From Rhodocyclaceae bacterium (GTDB lineage: Bacteria; Pseudomonadota; Gammaproteobacteria; Burkholderiales; Rhodocyclaceae): 64,000 nt of DNA. The translations under genes were made by a program, and so were the position numbers. The notes below the pieces were generated by a model. The model was not told the origin of the DNA. It did not search any database and saw only the letters and a list, made by a program, of their open reading frames with translations. This document shows, in pieces, positions 51,376 through 59,435 of this stretch (position 1 is its first letter; every line of letters starts with the position of its first letter). Where the stretch lies: assembly GCA_026646875.1 (NCBI GenBank), contig JAPKHL010000005.1, positions 24,912 to 88,911 of the forward strand. The letters are read 5' to 3'.

Positions 51376-51590
51376 TGCTTGCCGCGTTTGTCCTTCGTTT
51401 CCTGCGTTTGTCCCTTTTGATGCTCGCCGAGGCTGCAACAAATCACCCCGGTCGGGGGTAGTATTTCAGCTATCTTCTGGACAGCGGTGACGGTTAGGCG
51501 AGCGGCCCGAGGCAAAAGGGGTCCTTCCTTCCCGAATCGCAATGCGGGGGGCGCGAGCGCGACGCTTTTTTAGCGTCAGGTCGCGGACAA

Positions 51591-51644
51591 GGTTACCAGT
51601 CCGCCAGGTTACCGCCCCGGTTACCACCCCCAGGCGCAGTTACC
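51591..51644 (+). repeat. four direct (G)GTTACC(a/g)CCCC iterons
   Basis: GGTTACC at 51591, 51607 and 51619, and GTTACC at 51639, all in the same orientation within a 315-bp non-coding gap. Confidence 0.7.
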
Positions 51645-51689
51645 ACCCCACCAGAATCTTCATTCAACCAACCCGCCCTGCGGCAACGC

Positions 51690-53135
51690 TTGGCGGGTTT
51701 TGCTTTTGGGACTTCCACTTTGAACACGCTCAACGTCGAGTACCGCAAGGTCGAGGCGCTGATTCCCTACGCCCGCAATCCGCGCACGCACGCCGAAAGC
51801 CAGATCGCCAAGATCGCGGCCAGCATCGTCGAGTACGGCTGGACGAACCCGATCCTCGTCGACGGCGACAACGGCATCATCGCCGGGCACGGGCGTTTGG
51901 CCGCTGCGCGCAAGCTCGGCCTGGATCAGGTGCCGGTGATCGAACTGGCCCATCTAACCGTCGCGCAGAAGCGGGCACTCGTGATCGCCGACAACCGGCT
52001 GGCACTGGATGCGGGCTGGGACGAAGAAATGCTCGCCCTGGAACTGGCTGAGCTGTCCGACGCGGGATACGACCTCGCTCTGACCGGCTTCGAGGATGCC
52101 GAGATCGAGGCACTGCTCACCAGTGCGGCGGCCGTCGCAGATGATGAATCAGAGTCCGAAGCCGACGAGCCTGACGCGGCTGACGACGTGCCGGAAGCAC
52201 CCGTCGTGGCAGTGTCCCGGCCGGGCGATGTCTGGGCGATTGGCCCGCACCGCCTGATCTGTGGTGACGCCACCGACCGGGACGTGGTCGCTGCGCTGAT
52301 GCAGGGTGAAGTCTCTCGCCTGTGCTTCACCTCGCCGCCCTACGGCAACCAGCGCGACTACACCTCGGGCGGCATCTCCGATTGGGACGGCCTGATGCGC
52401 GGCGTGTTCGCACACCTGCCGATGGCAGGCGACGGTCAGGTGTTGGTCAACCTGGGCCTCATCCACCGCGACAACGAGGTCATCTCGTATTGGGACGCTT
52501 GGCTGGGCTGGATGCGCCAGCAGGGCTGGCGGCGCTTTGCGTGGTACGTCTGGGACCAGGGGCCGGGGATGCCCGGCGACTGGGCAGGCCGCTTCGCGCC
52601 GAGCTTCGAGTTCGTCTTCCACTTCAACCGGGAGAGCCGTAAGCCGAACAAGATCGTCCCCTGCAAGCACGCAGGCCAGGAATCCCACCTGCGCGCCGAC
52701 GGGTCGTCCACCGCGATGCGCGGCAAGGATGGCGAGGTGGGCGGCTGGACGCACAAGGGGCTGCCGACGCAGGACACGCGCATCCCCGACAGCGTGATCC
52801 GCGTGATGCGCCACAAGGGCAAGATCGGTCAGGACATCGACCACCCCGCCGTGTTCCCGGTGGCGCTGCCGGAGTTCGTCATCGAGGCCTATACGGATGC
52901 GGGCGACATCGTGTTCGAACCCTTCGGCGGCAGCGGCACAACGATGCTGGCCGCCGAGCGCACCGGTCGGATCTGCCGCAGCGTGGAAATCGCCCCGCAG
53001 TACGTGGACGTCGCCATCAAACGCTTCCAGCAGAATCATCCCGGGGTGCCGATCACCCTGATCGCCACCGGCCAGTCCTTCGAGCAAGTAGTCGCCGAGC
53101 GCGCCGCCACCGTTAATGCCGAGGTGCTGACATGA
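51690..53135 (+). CDS. ParB-like N-terminal domain fused to a DNA methyltransferase (N6A/N4C type), copy 1
   Basis: ParB box GHGRLAAARKLG and catalytic TSPPY motif. No ATG is available; candidate TTG starts are at 51690 and 51720. Confidence 0.85.
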   Translation: MAGFAFGTSTLNTLNVEYRKVEALIPYARNPRTHAESQIAKIAASIVEYGWTNPILVDGDNGIIAGHGRLAAARKLGLDQVPVIELAHLTVAQKRALVIADNRLALDAGWDEEMLALELAELSDAGYDLALTGFEDAEIEALLTSAAAVADDESESEADEPDAADDVPEAPVVAVSRPGDVWAIGPHRLICGDATDRDVVAALMQGEVSRLCFTSPPYGNQRDYTSGGISDWDGLMRGVFAHLPMAGDGQVLVNLGLIHRDNEVISYWDAWLGWMRQQGWRRFAWYVWDQGPGMPGDWAGRFAPSFEFVFHFNRESRKPNKIVPCKHAGQESHLRADGSSTAMRGKDGEVGGWTHKGLPTQDTRIPDSVIRVMRHKGKIGQDIDHPAVFPVALPEFVIEAYTDAGDIVFEPFGGSGTTMLAAERTGRICRSVEIAPQYVDVAIKRFQQNHPGVPITLIATGQSFEQVVAERAATVNAEVLT

Positions 53136-54394
53136 GCTGGCTGGCCGACAAGATCGAGCAATGGCCGACTGCCAAGCTGCTGCCCTACGCCCGCAACGCG
53201 CGCACCCATTCCGAGGAGCAGGTGGCGCAGATCGCCGCCAGCATCGCCGAGTTCGGATTCACCAATCCGATCCTGGCGGGCAGCGACGGCATCATCGTCG
53301 CAGGCCACGGTCGTCTCGCCGCCGCCCAGAAGCTGGGTCTGGAACGGGTACCGGTGGTCGTGCTCGATCACCTGACGCCGACCCAGCGCCGGGCTCTGGT
53401 CATTGCGGACAACCGCATCGCAGAGAACGCAGGCTGGGACGATGCGATGCTAAGGATCGAACTGGAAGCCTTACAACTCGAAGGCTTCGATCTGGACATC
53501 ACCGGCTTCGACGCCGACGCTCTGGCCGAACTGATCGCAGGAGACGAGCCGGACAACGAGGGTCAGACGGATGAGGATGCGGTGCCCGAGGTCAGCGAGA
53601 CACCCATCTCGCGTCCGGGCGATCTCTGGATCATGGGCCAGCACCGACTGCTGTGCGGCGACTCGACCGTGGCCGAGAGCTACGAGCGGATGATGCAGGG
53701 CGACCTGGCGGACATGGTCTTCACCGACCCGCCGTATAACGTGAACTACGCCAACAGTGCCAAGGACAAGATGCGCGGCAAGGATCGCGCGATCCTGAAC
53801 GACAACCTGGGTGACGGCTTCTACGACTTCCTGCTGGCAGCGCTGACGCCCACCGTCAGGCATTGCCGGGGCGGTATCTATGTGGCGATGTCCTCCAGCG
53901 AACTGGATGTGCTGCAGGCCGCCTTCCGCGCCGCCGGTGGCAAATGGTCGACCTTCATCATCTGGGCCAAGAACACCTTCACCCTGGGGCGCGCCGACTA
54001 CCAGCGCCAGTACGAGCCGATCCTCTACGGATGGCCCGAGGGGGCGACACGCCACTGGTGTGGTGACCGCGACCAGGGGGACGTCTGGAACATCAAGAAG
54101 CCGCAGAAGAACGACCTGCACCCGACGATGAAGCCGGTGGAGTTGGTCGAGCGTGCTATCCGCAATTCGAGCCGACCCGGCAACGTGGTTCTCGACCCGT
54201 TCGGTGGCTCTGGAACCACGCTGATTGCTGCCGAGAAGTCAGGCCGCTCTGCGCGACTGATCGAACTCGACCCGAAGTACGTGGATGTGATCGTGCGCCG
54301 GTGGGAGGAGTTCACTGGTAAGCAGGCCACCCGCGAGGCGGATGGCGCGGTGCTTGATCAGGCGGCCAGCGATTCCTCGACGATCTCGCAGTGA
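53132..54394 (+). CDS. ParB-like N-terminal domain fused to a DNA methyltransferase, copy 2
   Basis: ParB box GHGRLAAAQKLG, DPPY motif and FGGSGTT SAM motif. The ATGA overlaps copy 1. Confidence 0.88.
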   Translation: MSWLADKIEQWPTAKLLPYARNARTHSEEQVAQIAASIAEFGFTNPILAGSDGIIVAGHGRLAAAQKLGLERVPVVVLDHLTPTQRRALVIADNRIAENAGWDDAMLRIELEALQLEGFDLDITGFDADALAELIAGDEPDNEGQTDEDAVPEVSETPISRPGDLWIMGQHRLLCGDSTVAESYERMMQGDLADMVFTDPPYNVNYANSAKDKMRGKDRAILNDNLGDGFYDFLLAALTPTVRHCRGGIYVAMSSSELDVLQAAFRAAGGKWSTFIIWAKNTFTLGRADYQRQYEPILYGWPEGATRHWCGDRDQGDVWNIKKPQKNDLHPTMKPVELVERAIRNSSRPGNVVLDPFGGSGTTLIAAEKSGRSARLIELDPKYVDVIVRRWEEFTGKQATREADGAVLDQAASDSSTISQ

Positions 54395-54726
54395 ATCACA
54401 AAGCCCGTCAGGTAAGGCAGGCCGCGCGGGATGCCGTATTGCTTGCTGGTTTGACGGCCAATCGTCCAGCCCATCCAACGCTGGGTGGCTGCGTTGATCG
54501 CGTCCGCCAGGGCCTTACCCTCGTAAAGCCCGTTCTGGACGTCGTCGGCAAAGTGGCGACCGTGGCGGCTGTCGAGGAAGACCCTGACCGATTCGAGCGG
54601 CTGGCTGGTGGCGTCCGAGATGGCGGCCATTGCCAGGGGCCAAGCCGTGCTGGCGTGTTCGTTCATCGTGCCCCAAAAGCCCCAGGCTTCGTTCTGGGTG
54701 GCGGGGATCTGCGTGGTGGTGTTCAT
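54358..54726 (-). CDS. hypothetical protein (122 aa)
   Basis: Has a GGAG RBS and is preceded by motif copy A. Its 3' end overlaps the methylase 3' end convergently by 37 nt. Confidence 0.6.
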   Translation of the reverse strand: MNTTTQIPATQNEAWGFWGTMNEHASTAWPLAMAAISDATSQPLESVRVFLDSRHGRHFADDVQNGLYEGKALADAINAATQRWMGWTIGRQTSKQYGIPRGLPYLTGFVIHCEIVEESLAA

Positions 54727-54761
54727 CTCTGGCTCCTTCGGGTTGATCGTTGCGACACCCG

Positions 54762-54793
54762 TAGTAACGCGCTGTTCGATTGAGAAGCCAAGC
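54762..54793 (-). promoter_or_regulatory. copy A of the 32-nt conserved motif
   Basis: TAGTAACGCGCTGTTCGATTGAGAAGCCAAGC, 35 nt upstream of the start at 54726. Confidence 0.7.
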
Positions 54794-54823
54794 GCCGCTT
54801 GGCCTCTTTCTCGATCATTCTGG

Positions 54824-55387
54824 TCAGGCGATGCGGTACACCCGCTCGCTGCCCTGCGGCTTTTCCGACACGATGGTCAGGCCCAGCTTCTTCTTGAAGG
54901 CCCCGGCAAAGGTGCCGCGCACTGTGTGTGCCTGCCAACCGGTGGCGGTGCAGATCTGGCCGATGGTTGCGCCTTCGGGGCGTTGCAGCATCCGGATCAC
55001 TTCGGCTTGCTTGCTGTTGTCGCGGGTGCGCGGCTTGGCCCACGTTGCTTCGGCGGCGGTTACGGCGGCTTCCAGTTCGGGATCGCTCGCGGCGGCTGGC
55101 CCGCCTTCAGCATTGGCGATGATCTGGTCGAGATTGGCTTCGAATTGACCGATGCCTGTCTTGTTCACGCCGGGGCGCGACATTCCCAGTGCGTCGTAGC
55201 CCTCGGCGGCGACGAACCAGTCGGTGCCGTCGGTGGTGATCAGGGCACGGTTGAACATCCCGTCGAGCACTTTCTTGCGCGCGCCGCCTTTGATGTTGTC
55301 GGGGAACCAGTCGATCTTGCCAGCGCTGGTGTTGATGGCCTTGGCCAGGATGGCGTGCTGGGCCGGGGTCAGGTTGGTGGTGGTCAT
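54824..55387 (-). CDS. DUF3489-like protein
   Basis: 187 aa. The C-terminal MLQRPEGATIGQICTATGWQAHTVRGTFAGAFKKKLGL...RVYRI is the DUF3489 signature. Confidence 0.7.
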   Translation of the reverse strand: MTTTNLTPAQHAILAKAINTSAGKIDWFPDNIKGGARKKVLDGMFNRALITTDGTDWFVAAEGYDALGMSRPGVNKTGIGQFEANLDQIIANAEGGPAAASDPELEAAVTAAEATWAKPRTRDNSKQAEVIRMLQRPEGATIGQICTATGWQAHTVRGTFAGAFKKKLGLTIVSEKPQGSERVYRIA

Positions 55388-55421
55388 GGGCTGCTCCTTC
55401 GGGGGTGGTGGATGACGATGT

Positions 55422-55453
55422 GATGAACGCGCTGTCAGGGACTGAAGCCAAGC
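55422..55453 (-). promoter_or_regulatory. copy B of the 32-nt conserved motif
   Basis: GATGAACGCGCTGTCAGGGACTGAAGCCAAGC, 34 nt upstream of the start at 55387. Confidence 0.7.
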
Positions 55454-55482
55454 GCTTTCTGCTTGGCTTGGCGGCTTTCCCG

Positions 55483-55689
55483 TCAGTCCTTGGCGATTTC
55501 CCCTTCCGTGGCCTTCGGGCTCGATGCGCCAAATTCGACGCCCGCCTTGAAGGCCGCTTCCAACGCGTCCTTGAGGCACCACACCGCCGTGTCGTGGAAG
55601 TCGAGGCTGTCGGCGTTGCGGGTTTGCAGGGTTTCGATGCCGAGATGCTTCTGGGCGATGAGTGTGAGGATGGTGTCGATCTGGCTCAT
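55483..55689 (-). CDS. hypothetical small protein (68 aa)
   Basis: ATG at 55689 with an AAAGGAAAA RBS region, preceded by motif copy C. Confidence 0.55.
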   Translation of the reverse strand: MSQIDTILTLIAQKHLGIETLQTRNADSLDFHDTAVWCLKDALEAAFKAGVEFGASSPKATEGEIAKD

Positions 55690-55722
55690 GGCGTTTTCCT
55701 TTCGGGATTGGTTGGCGTGACG

Positions 55723-55754
55723 TGATGAACGCGCTGTTCTCGATGGAAGCCAAG
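55723..55754 (-). promoter_or_regulatory. copy C of the 32-nt conserved motif
   Basis: GATGAACGCGCTGTTCTCGATGGAAGCCAAGC, 33 nt upstream of the start at 55689. Confidence 0.7.
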
Positions 55755-55795
55755 CTAAATCTGCGGACATGACGAACAAATGATTGAAGGTGACG

Positions 55796-56341
55796 ATGGG
55801 ACTCTCCATTCGCGCCTACGCGCGCCACCGTGGCGTGTCGCACGTGGCCGTGAAGAAGGCCATCGACACCGGGCGGATCACACCGCTGCCAGACGGCACG
55901 ATTGATCCGGATACCGCCGACGCGCAGTGGGCACAAAACACATTGCAACCCCGCAAGGCGGCAGCGCCGGAGAAGGTCAGTCCCTCGAAGGCGCGCGTAC
56001 TGCCCGAGCGTGAGGTGCCCGAACCCGGCACCCCACCGTTGTCGACGGGCGGGACATCGCTGCTACAGGCACGCACCGTCAACGAAGTGCTCAAAGCCCA
56101 GCTCAATAAGGTGGAGCTGGCGCACCGCAAGAAGGAACTGGTGGATCGGGCGCAGGCCGTGGCCCACGTGTTCAAACTTGCGCGCATCGAGCGCGACGCG
56201 TGGTTGAACTGGCCCGCGCGTATCTCGGGGCAGATGGCATCCACGCTCGGTGTCGATGCGCACCAGATGCACGTGGCCCTGGAGGCTGCCGTGCGCGAGC
56301 ACCTGATTGAGCTGGGCGAGCTGCGCCCGCGCGTGGATTGA
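55796..56341 (+). CDS. terminase small subunit
   Basis: N-terminal HTH (LSIRAYARHRGVSHVAVKKAIDTGRI). Lies directly upstream of, and overlaps, the large terminase gene. Confidence 0.75.
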   Translation: MGLSIRAYARHRGVSHVAVKKAIDTGRITPLPDGTIDPDTADAQWAQNTLQPRKAAAPEKVSPSKARVLPEREVPEPGTPPLSTGGTSLLQARTVNEVLKAQLNKVELAHRKKELVDRAQAVAHVFKLARIERDAWLNWPARISGQMASTLGVDAHQMHVALEAAVREHLIELGELRPRVD

Positions 56342-58299
56342 TGACGATGGACTACGAAGGCGCGCAGGAGATCGAACGGGCGTGGCGCGACGGGCTTGCT
56401 CCCGACCCGCTGCTCACGGTATCGGAATGGTCAGATCGCCACCGGATGCTCTCCAGCAAGGCGTCTGCCGAGCCGGGGCGCTGGCGTACCAGCCGCACGC
56501 CGTACCTCAAGGCCATCATGGATTGCCTGTCGCCGACCTCGCCGGTCGAGCGTGTGGTGTTCATGAAGGCAGCGCAGCTCGGTGCGACCGAGATGGGGTC
56601 GAACTGGATCGGCTATGTCATCCACCACGCGCCGGGGCCGATGATGGCGGTCTGGCCGACGGTGGAGATGGCCAAGCGCAACTCCAAGCAGCGGATCGAT
56701 CCGCTGATCGAGGAGTCAGCCGCGTTGGCCGAACTGATCGCACCGGCGCGCAGCCGCGACTCGGGCAACACGATCCTGGCCAAGGAGTTCCGGGGCGGCG
56801 TGCTGGTGATGACCGGTGCTAACAGTGCGGTGGGCTTGCGCTCGATGCCGGTGCGCTACCTGTTCCTCGACGAGGTGGACGGCTACCCCCTGGACGTCGA
56901 GGGCGAAGGCGACGCGATCTCGCTGGCCGAGGCGCGCACGCGCACCTTTGCCCGGCGCAAGATCTTTATCGTGTCGACGCCGACGATCTCGGGGGCCTCG
57001 GCCATCGAACGCGAATACGAGGCCAGCGACCAGCGCCGCTACTTCGTGCCGTGCCCACACTGCAACCACCCGCAATGGTTGCGCTTCGAGCAACTGCGCT
57101 GGGACAGGGGGCAACCGGAAACCGCCGCATACATCTGCGAGTCCTGCGACACCGCGATTTCCGAGCATCACAAGACGTGGATGCTGGAGCGTGGCGAATG
57201 GCGTTCGATGGCACAGGGCAAGACGGCTGGCTTTCACCTGTCGTCGCTCTACAGCCCCGTTGGCTGGCGATCCTGGCGTGACATCGCTGCGGCGTGGGAA
57301 GCCGCCGTCAACAAGGAGTCGGGATCGGCCGCCGCGATCAAGACTTTCAAGAACACCGAGCTGGGCGAGACCTGGGTCGAGGAAGGCGAAGCGCCCGACT
57401 GGCAACGGCTGGTCGAGCGCCGCGAGGACTATTCCGTGGGCACCGTGCCACTGGGCGGCCTGCTGTTGGTGGGTGCGGCCGACGTCCAGAAGGATCGCAT
57501 CGAGGCCTCGATCTGGGCCTTTGGGCGCGGTAAGGAGTCCTGGCTCATCGAGCACCGAGTCCTGATGGGCGATACCGCACGGGACGCGGTGTGGAAGGCG
57601 CTGGCCGCGATGCTGGCCGAGAACTGGACGCACGCCTCGGGGGGGGCGATGCCACTGGCGCGCTTCGCGCTGGACACCGGCTTTGCCACGCAGGAGGCTT
57701 ACGCCTTCGTGCGAGCCTGCCACGATCCGCGCGTGATGGCGGTCAAGGGCGTGCCGCGCGGTGCCGCACTGATCGGCACACCGACAGCCATCGATGTGTC
57801 GCAGGGTGGCAAGAAACTGCGCCGAGGCATCAAGGTGTTCACGGTGGCGGTTGGGATCGCCAAGCTGGAGTTCTACAACAACCTGCGCAAGAGCGCGGAT
57901 GTGGGCGAGGACGGCTCGACCCCGGTGTTTCCAGCCGGGTTCGTCCATTTGCCCAAGATCGACGCCGAGTTCATCCAGCAGCTCTGCGCCGAGCAACTGA
58001 TCACGCGCCGCGACCGCAACGGATTCCCGGTGCGCGAATGGCAAAAGATGCGAGAGCGCAACGAAGCGCTCGACTGCTACGTCTACGCCCGCGCCGCCGC
58101 ATCGGCGGCGGGACTGGACCGCTTCGAGGATCGCCACTGGCGGGAGTTGGAGCGTCAACTTGGGGTAGCGCCCCCACCGGATGCGCCACCGCCCATTCAC
58201 AACATCGAATTGAACGAGGCCACCCCCAGCGGTGGCCTCGCTGCTTCTGGAACCCGCAATACCGGTCGACGCGTCATCCGAAGCCGTTGGCTTCGCTGA
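56341..58299 (+). CDS. terminase large subunit (lambda GpA family)
   Basis: About 652 aa. The N-terminus ...VSEWSDRHRMLSSKASAEPGRWRTSRTPYLKAIMD is GpA-like, and CPHCN...CESC is a zinc motif. Confidence 0.9.
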   Translation: MTMDYEGAQEIERAWRDGLAPDPLLTVSEWSDRHRMLSSKASAEPGRWRTSRTPYLKAIMDCLSPTSPVERVVFMKAAQLGATEMGSNWIGYVIHHAPGPMMAVWPTVEMAKRNSKQRIDPLIEESAALAELIAPARSRDSGNTILAKEFRGGVLVMTGANSAVGLRSMPVRYLFLDEVDGYPLDVEGEGDAISLAEARTRTFARRKIFIVSTPTISGASAIEREYEASDQRRYFVPCPHCNHPQWLRFEQLRWDRGQPETAAYICESCDTAISEHHKTWMLERGEWRSMAQGKTAGFHLSSLYSPVGWRSWRDIAAAWEAAVNKESGSAAAIKTFKNTELGETWVEEGEAPDWQRLVERREDYSVGTVPLGGLLLVGAADVQKDRIEASIWAFGRGKESWLIEHRVLMGDTARDAVWKALAAMLAENWTHASGGAMPLARFALDTGFATQEAYAFVRACHDPRVMAVKGVPRGAALIGTPTAIDVSQGGKKLRRGIKVFTVAVGIAKLEFYNNLRKSADVGEDGSTPVFPAGFVHLPKIDAEFIQQLCAEQLITRRDRNGFPVREWQKMRERNEALDCYVYARAAASAAGLDRFEDRHWRELERQLGVAPPPDAPPPIHNIELNEATPSGGLAASGTRNTGRRVIRSRWLR

Positions 58300-58329
58300 T
58301 GGCCGTAGCCTTCAAACCAAGGAGAACAA

Positions 58330-58821
58330 ATGAGTCTTGCCACCCGTATCGAGAGCCTGGTCATCAGGGTCGCCCAGGAGTTCAACGACGTCCGGGCGAC
58401 GGCGGGAAACCTAGCCAGCCTGTCCACCACCGACAAGTCGAGTCTGGTCGCGGCGATAAACGAACTGAAGGCGGCGGTACTCTCCGCAACCGCCATCGAC
58501 GACAACCAGATCGCCACCTCAACCACCTACTCGTCGAACAAGATCGTGTCGCTGCTCGACGCGCTCAAGGCCGACATCCTCGGTGGAGCAGACGCCGCCT
58601 ACGACACCCTGGTGGAGATCCAGCAGTTGCTGCAGAACGGCACTACGGGCCTGGACGCGCTCCTCGCTGCCGTCAATCTGCGGGTGCGGTACGACGCGGC
58701 GCAAACCCTGACCGTTGCCGAGCAACTTCAGGCGCGCACCAACATTGGCGCGGTTGCGGCCGTCGATGTTGGCAACACCGACACGGACTTCGTCGTGATC
58801 TTCGACGGGGCGCTGGCCTGA
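58330..58821 (+). CDS. hypothetical protein with a tail-fibre-like N-terminal motif
   Basis: 163 aa. LSTTDKSSLVAAINELK resembles the motif seen in phage fibre proteins. Confidence 0.55.
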   Translation: MSLATRIESLVIRVAQEFNDVRATAGNLASLSTTDKSSLVAAINELKAAVLSATAIDDNQIATSTTYSSNKIVSLLDALKADILGGADAAYDTLVEIQQLLQNGTTGLDALLAAVNLRVRYDAAQTLTVAEQLQARTNIGAVAAVDVGNTDTDFVVIFDGALA

Positions 58822-59213
58822 TGAGCCTCGCGTCCAGCATCGCCGCCCTGGCTGCGCGCATCGGCTTCGAGGTCAAGACCAAGATCGACGCCACGCACCC
58901 TGGACTTGCTCGGGTGTGGGTGAGCTTTGGCTACGTGGGCGGTCAGATCGTGATCGGCAGCGCGCACAACGTGGCCAGCGTCGTGCGTACAGCGGCGGGC
59001 CGCTACCGCGTGCATTTTGCGCTGGCGATGCCGGATGCGAACTACTGCTGGACGGCGCTCGCACGCAGCAGCAGCAACAGTGGCCAGCAGCGTGTGGCTG
59101 TCGTTCGCGCCAGCTCTGACCTGAAAACGGCCCAGTACGTCGACATCTCCTGCGCGACGACAGCAACGTCGTTCGACGACTCCTCCGAAATCAATCTCGT
59201 GGTGTACCGCTGA
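58821..59213 (+). CDS. hypothetical phage protein
   Basis: 130 aa, with ATGA overlaps on both sides. Confidence 0.55.
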   Translation: MSLASSIAALAARIGFEVKTKIDATHPGLARVWVSFGYVGGQIVIGSAHNVASVVRTAAGRYRVHFALAMPDANYCWTALARSSSNSGQQRVAVVRASSDLKTAQYVDISCATTATSFDDSSEINLVVYR

Positions 59214-59434
59214 TGGCCTACACAGAAACCCAGCTCCAGGCCCTGGAATCCGCACTCGCCAAGGGCGAACGGCGGGTGACCTTTGCCGACAAGACGGTCG
59301 AGTACCGCTCTGTCGACGAATTGATGGCCGCCATCCGCGAAGTCAGGCGGGGCCTGCTTCAGCAGGCGGCTGAGACCGGGCTGTTGCCCGGTGCGCCACG
59401 CCAGATCCGCGTTACCACGCGCAAGGGGTTCTGA
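59213..59434 (+). CDS. head-tail joining protein gpW-like
   Basis: 73 aa, located between terminase and portal as in lambda. ...RVTFADKTVEYRSVDELMAAI is present. Confidence 0.75.
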   Translation: MAYTETQLQALESALAKGERRVTFADKTVEYRSVDELMAAIREVRRGLLQQAAETGLLPGAPRQIRVTTRKGF

Positions 59435-59435
59435 G

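Noticed and set aside
51228-52051. ORFs 51228..51542 (-) and 51542..52051 (+) in and around the 315-bp gap
   Set aside because: They have no RBS and a shadow-like composition. The plus-strand ORF is out of frame with the ParB-methylase gene, whose ParB motifs are clear.
54762-55754. Reading the 32-nt motif as a sigma54 (-24/-12) promoter because of TGGC
   Set aside because: The GG-N10-GC spacing is not satisfied in any of the four copies.
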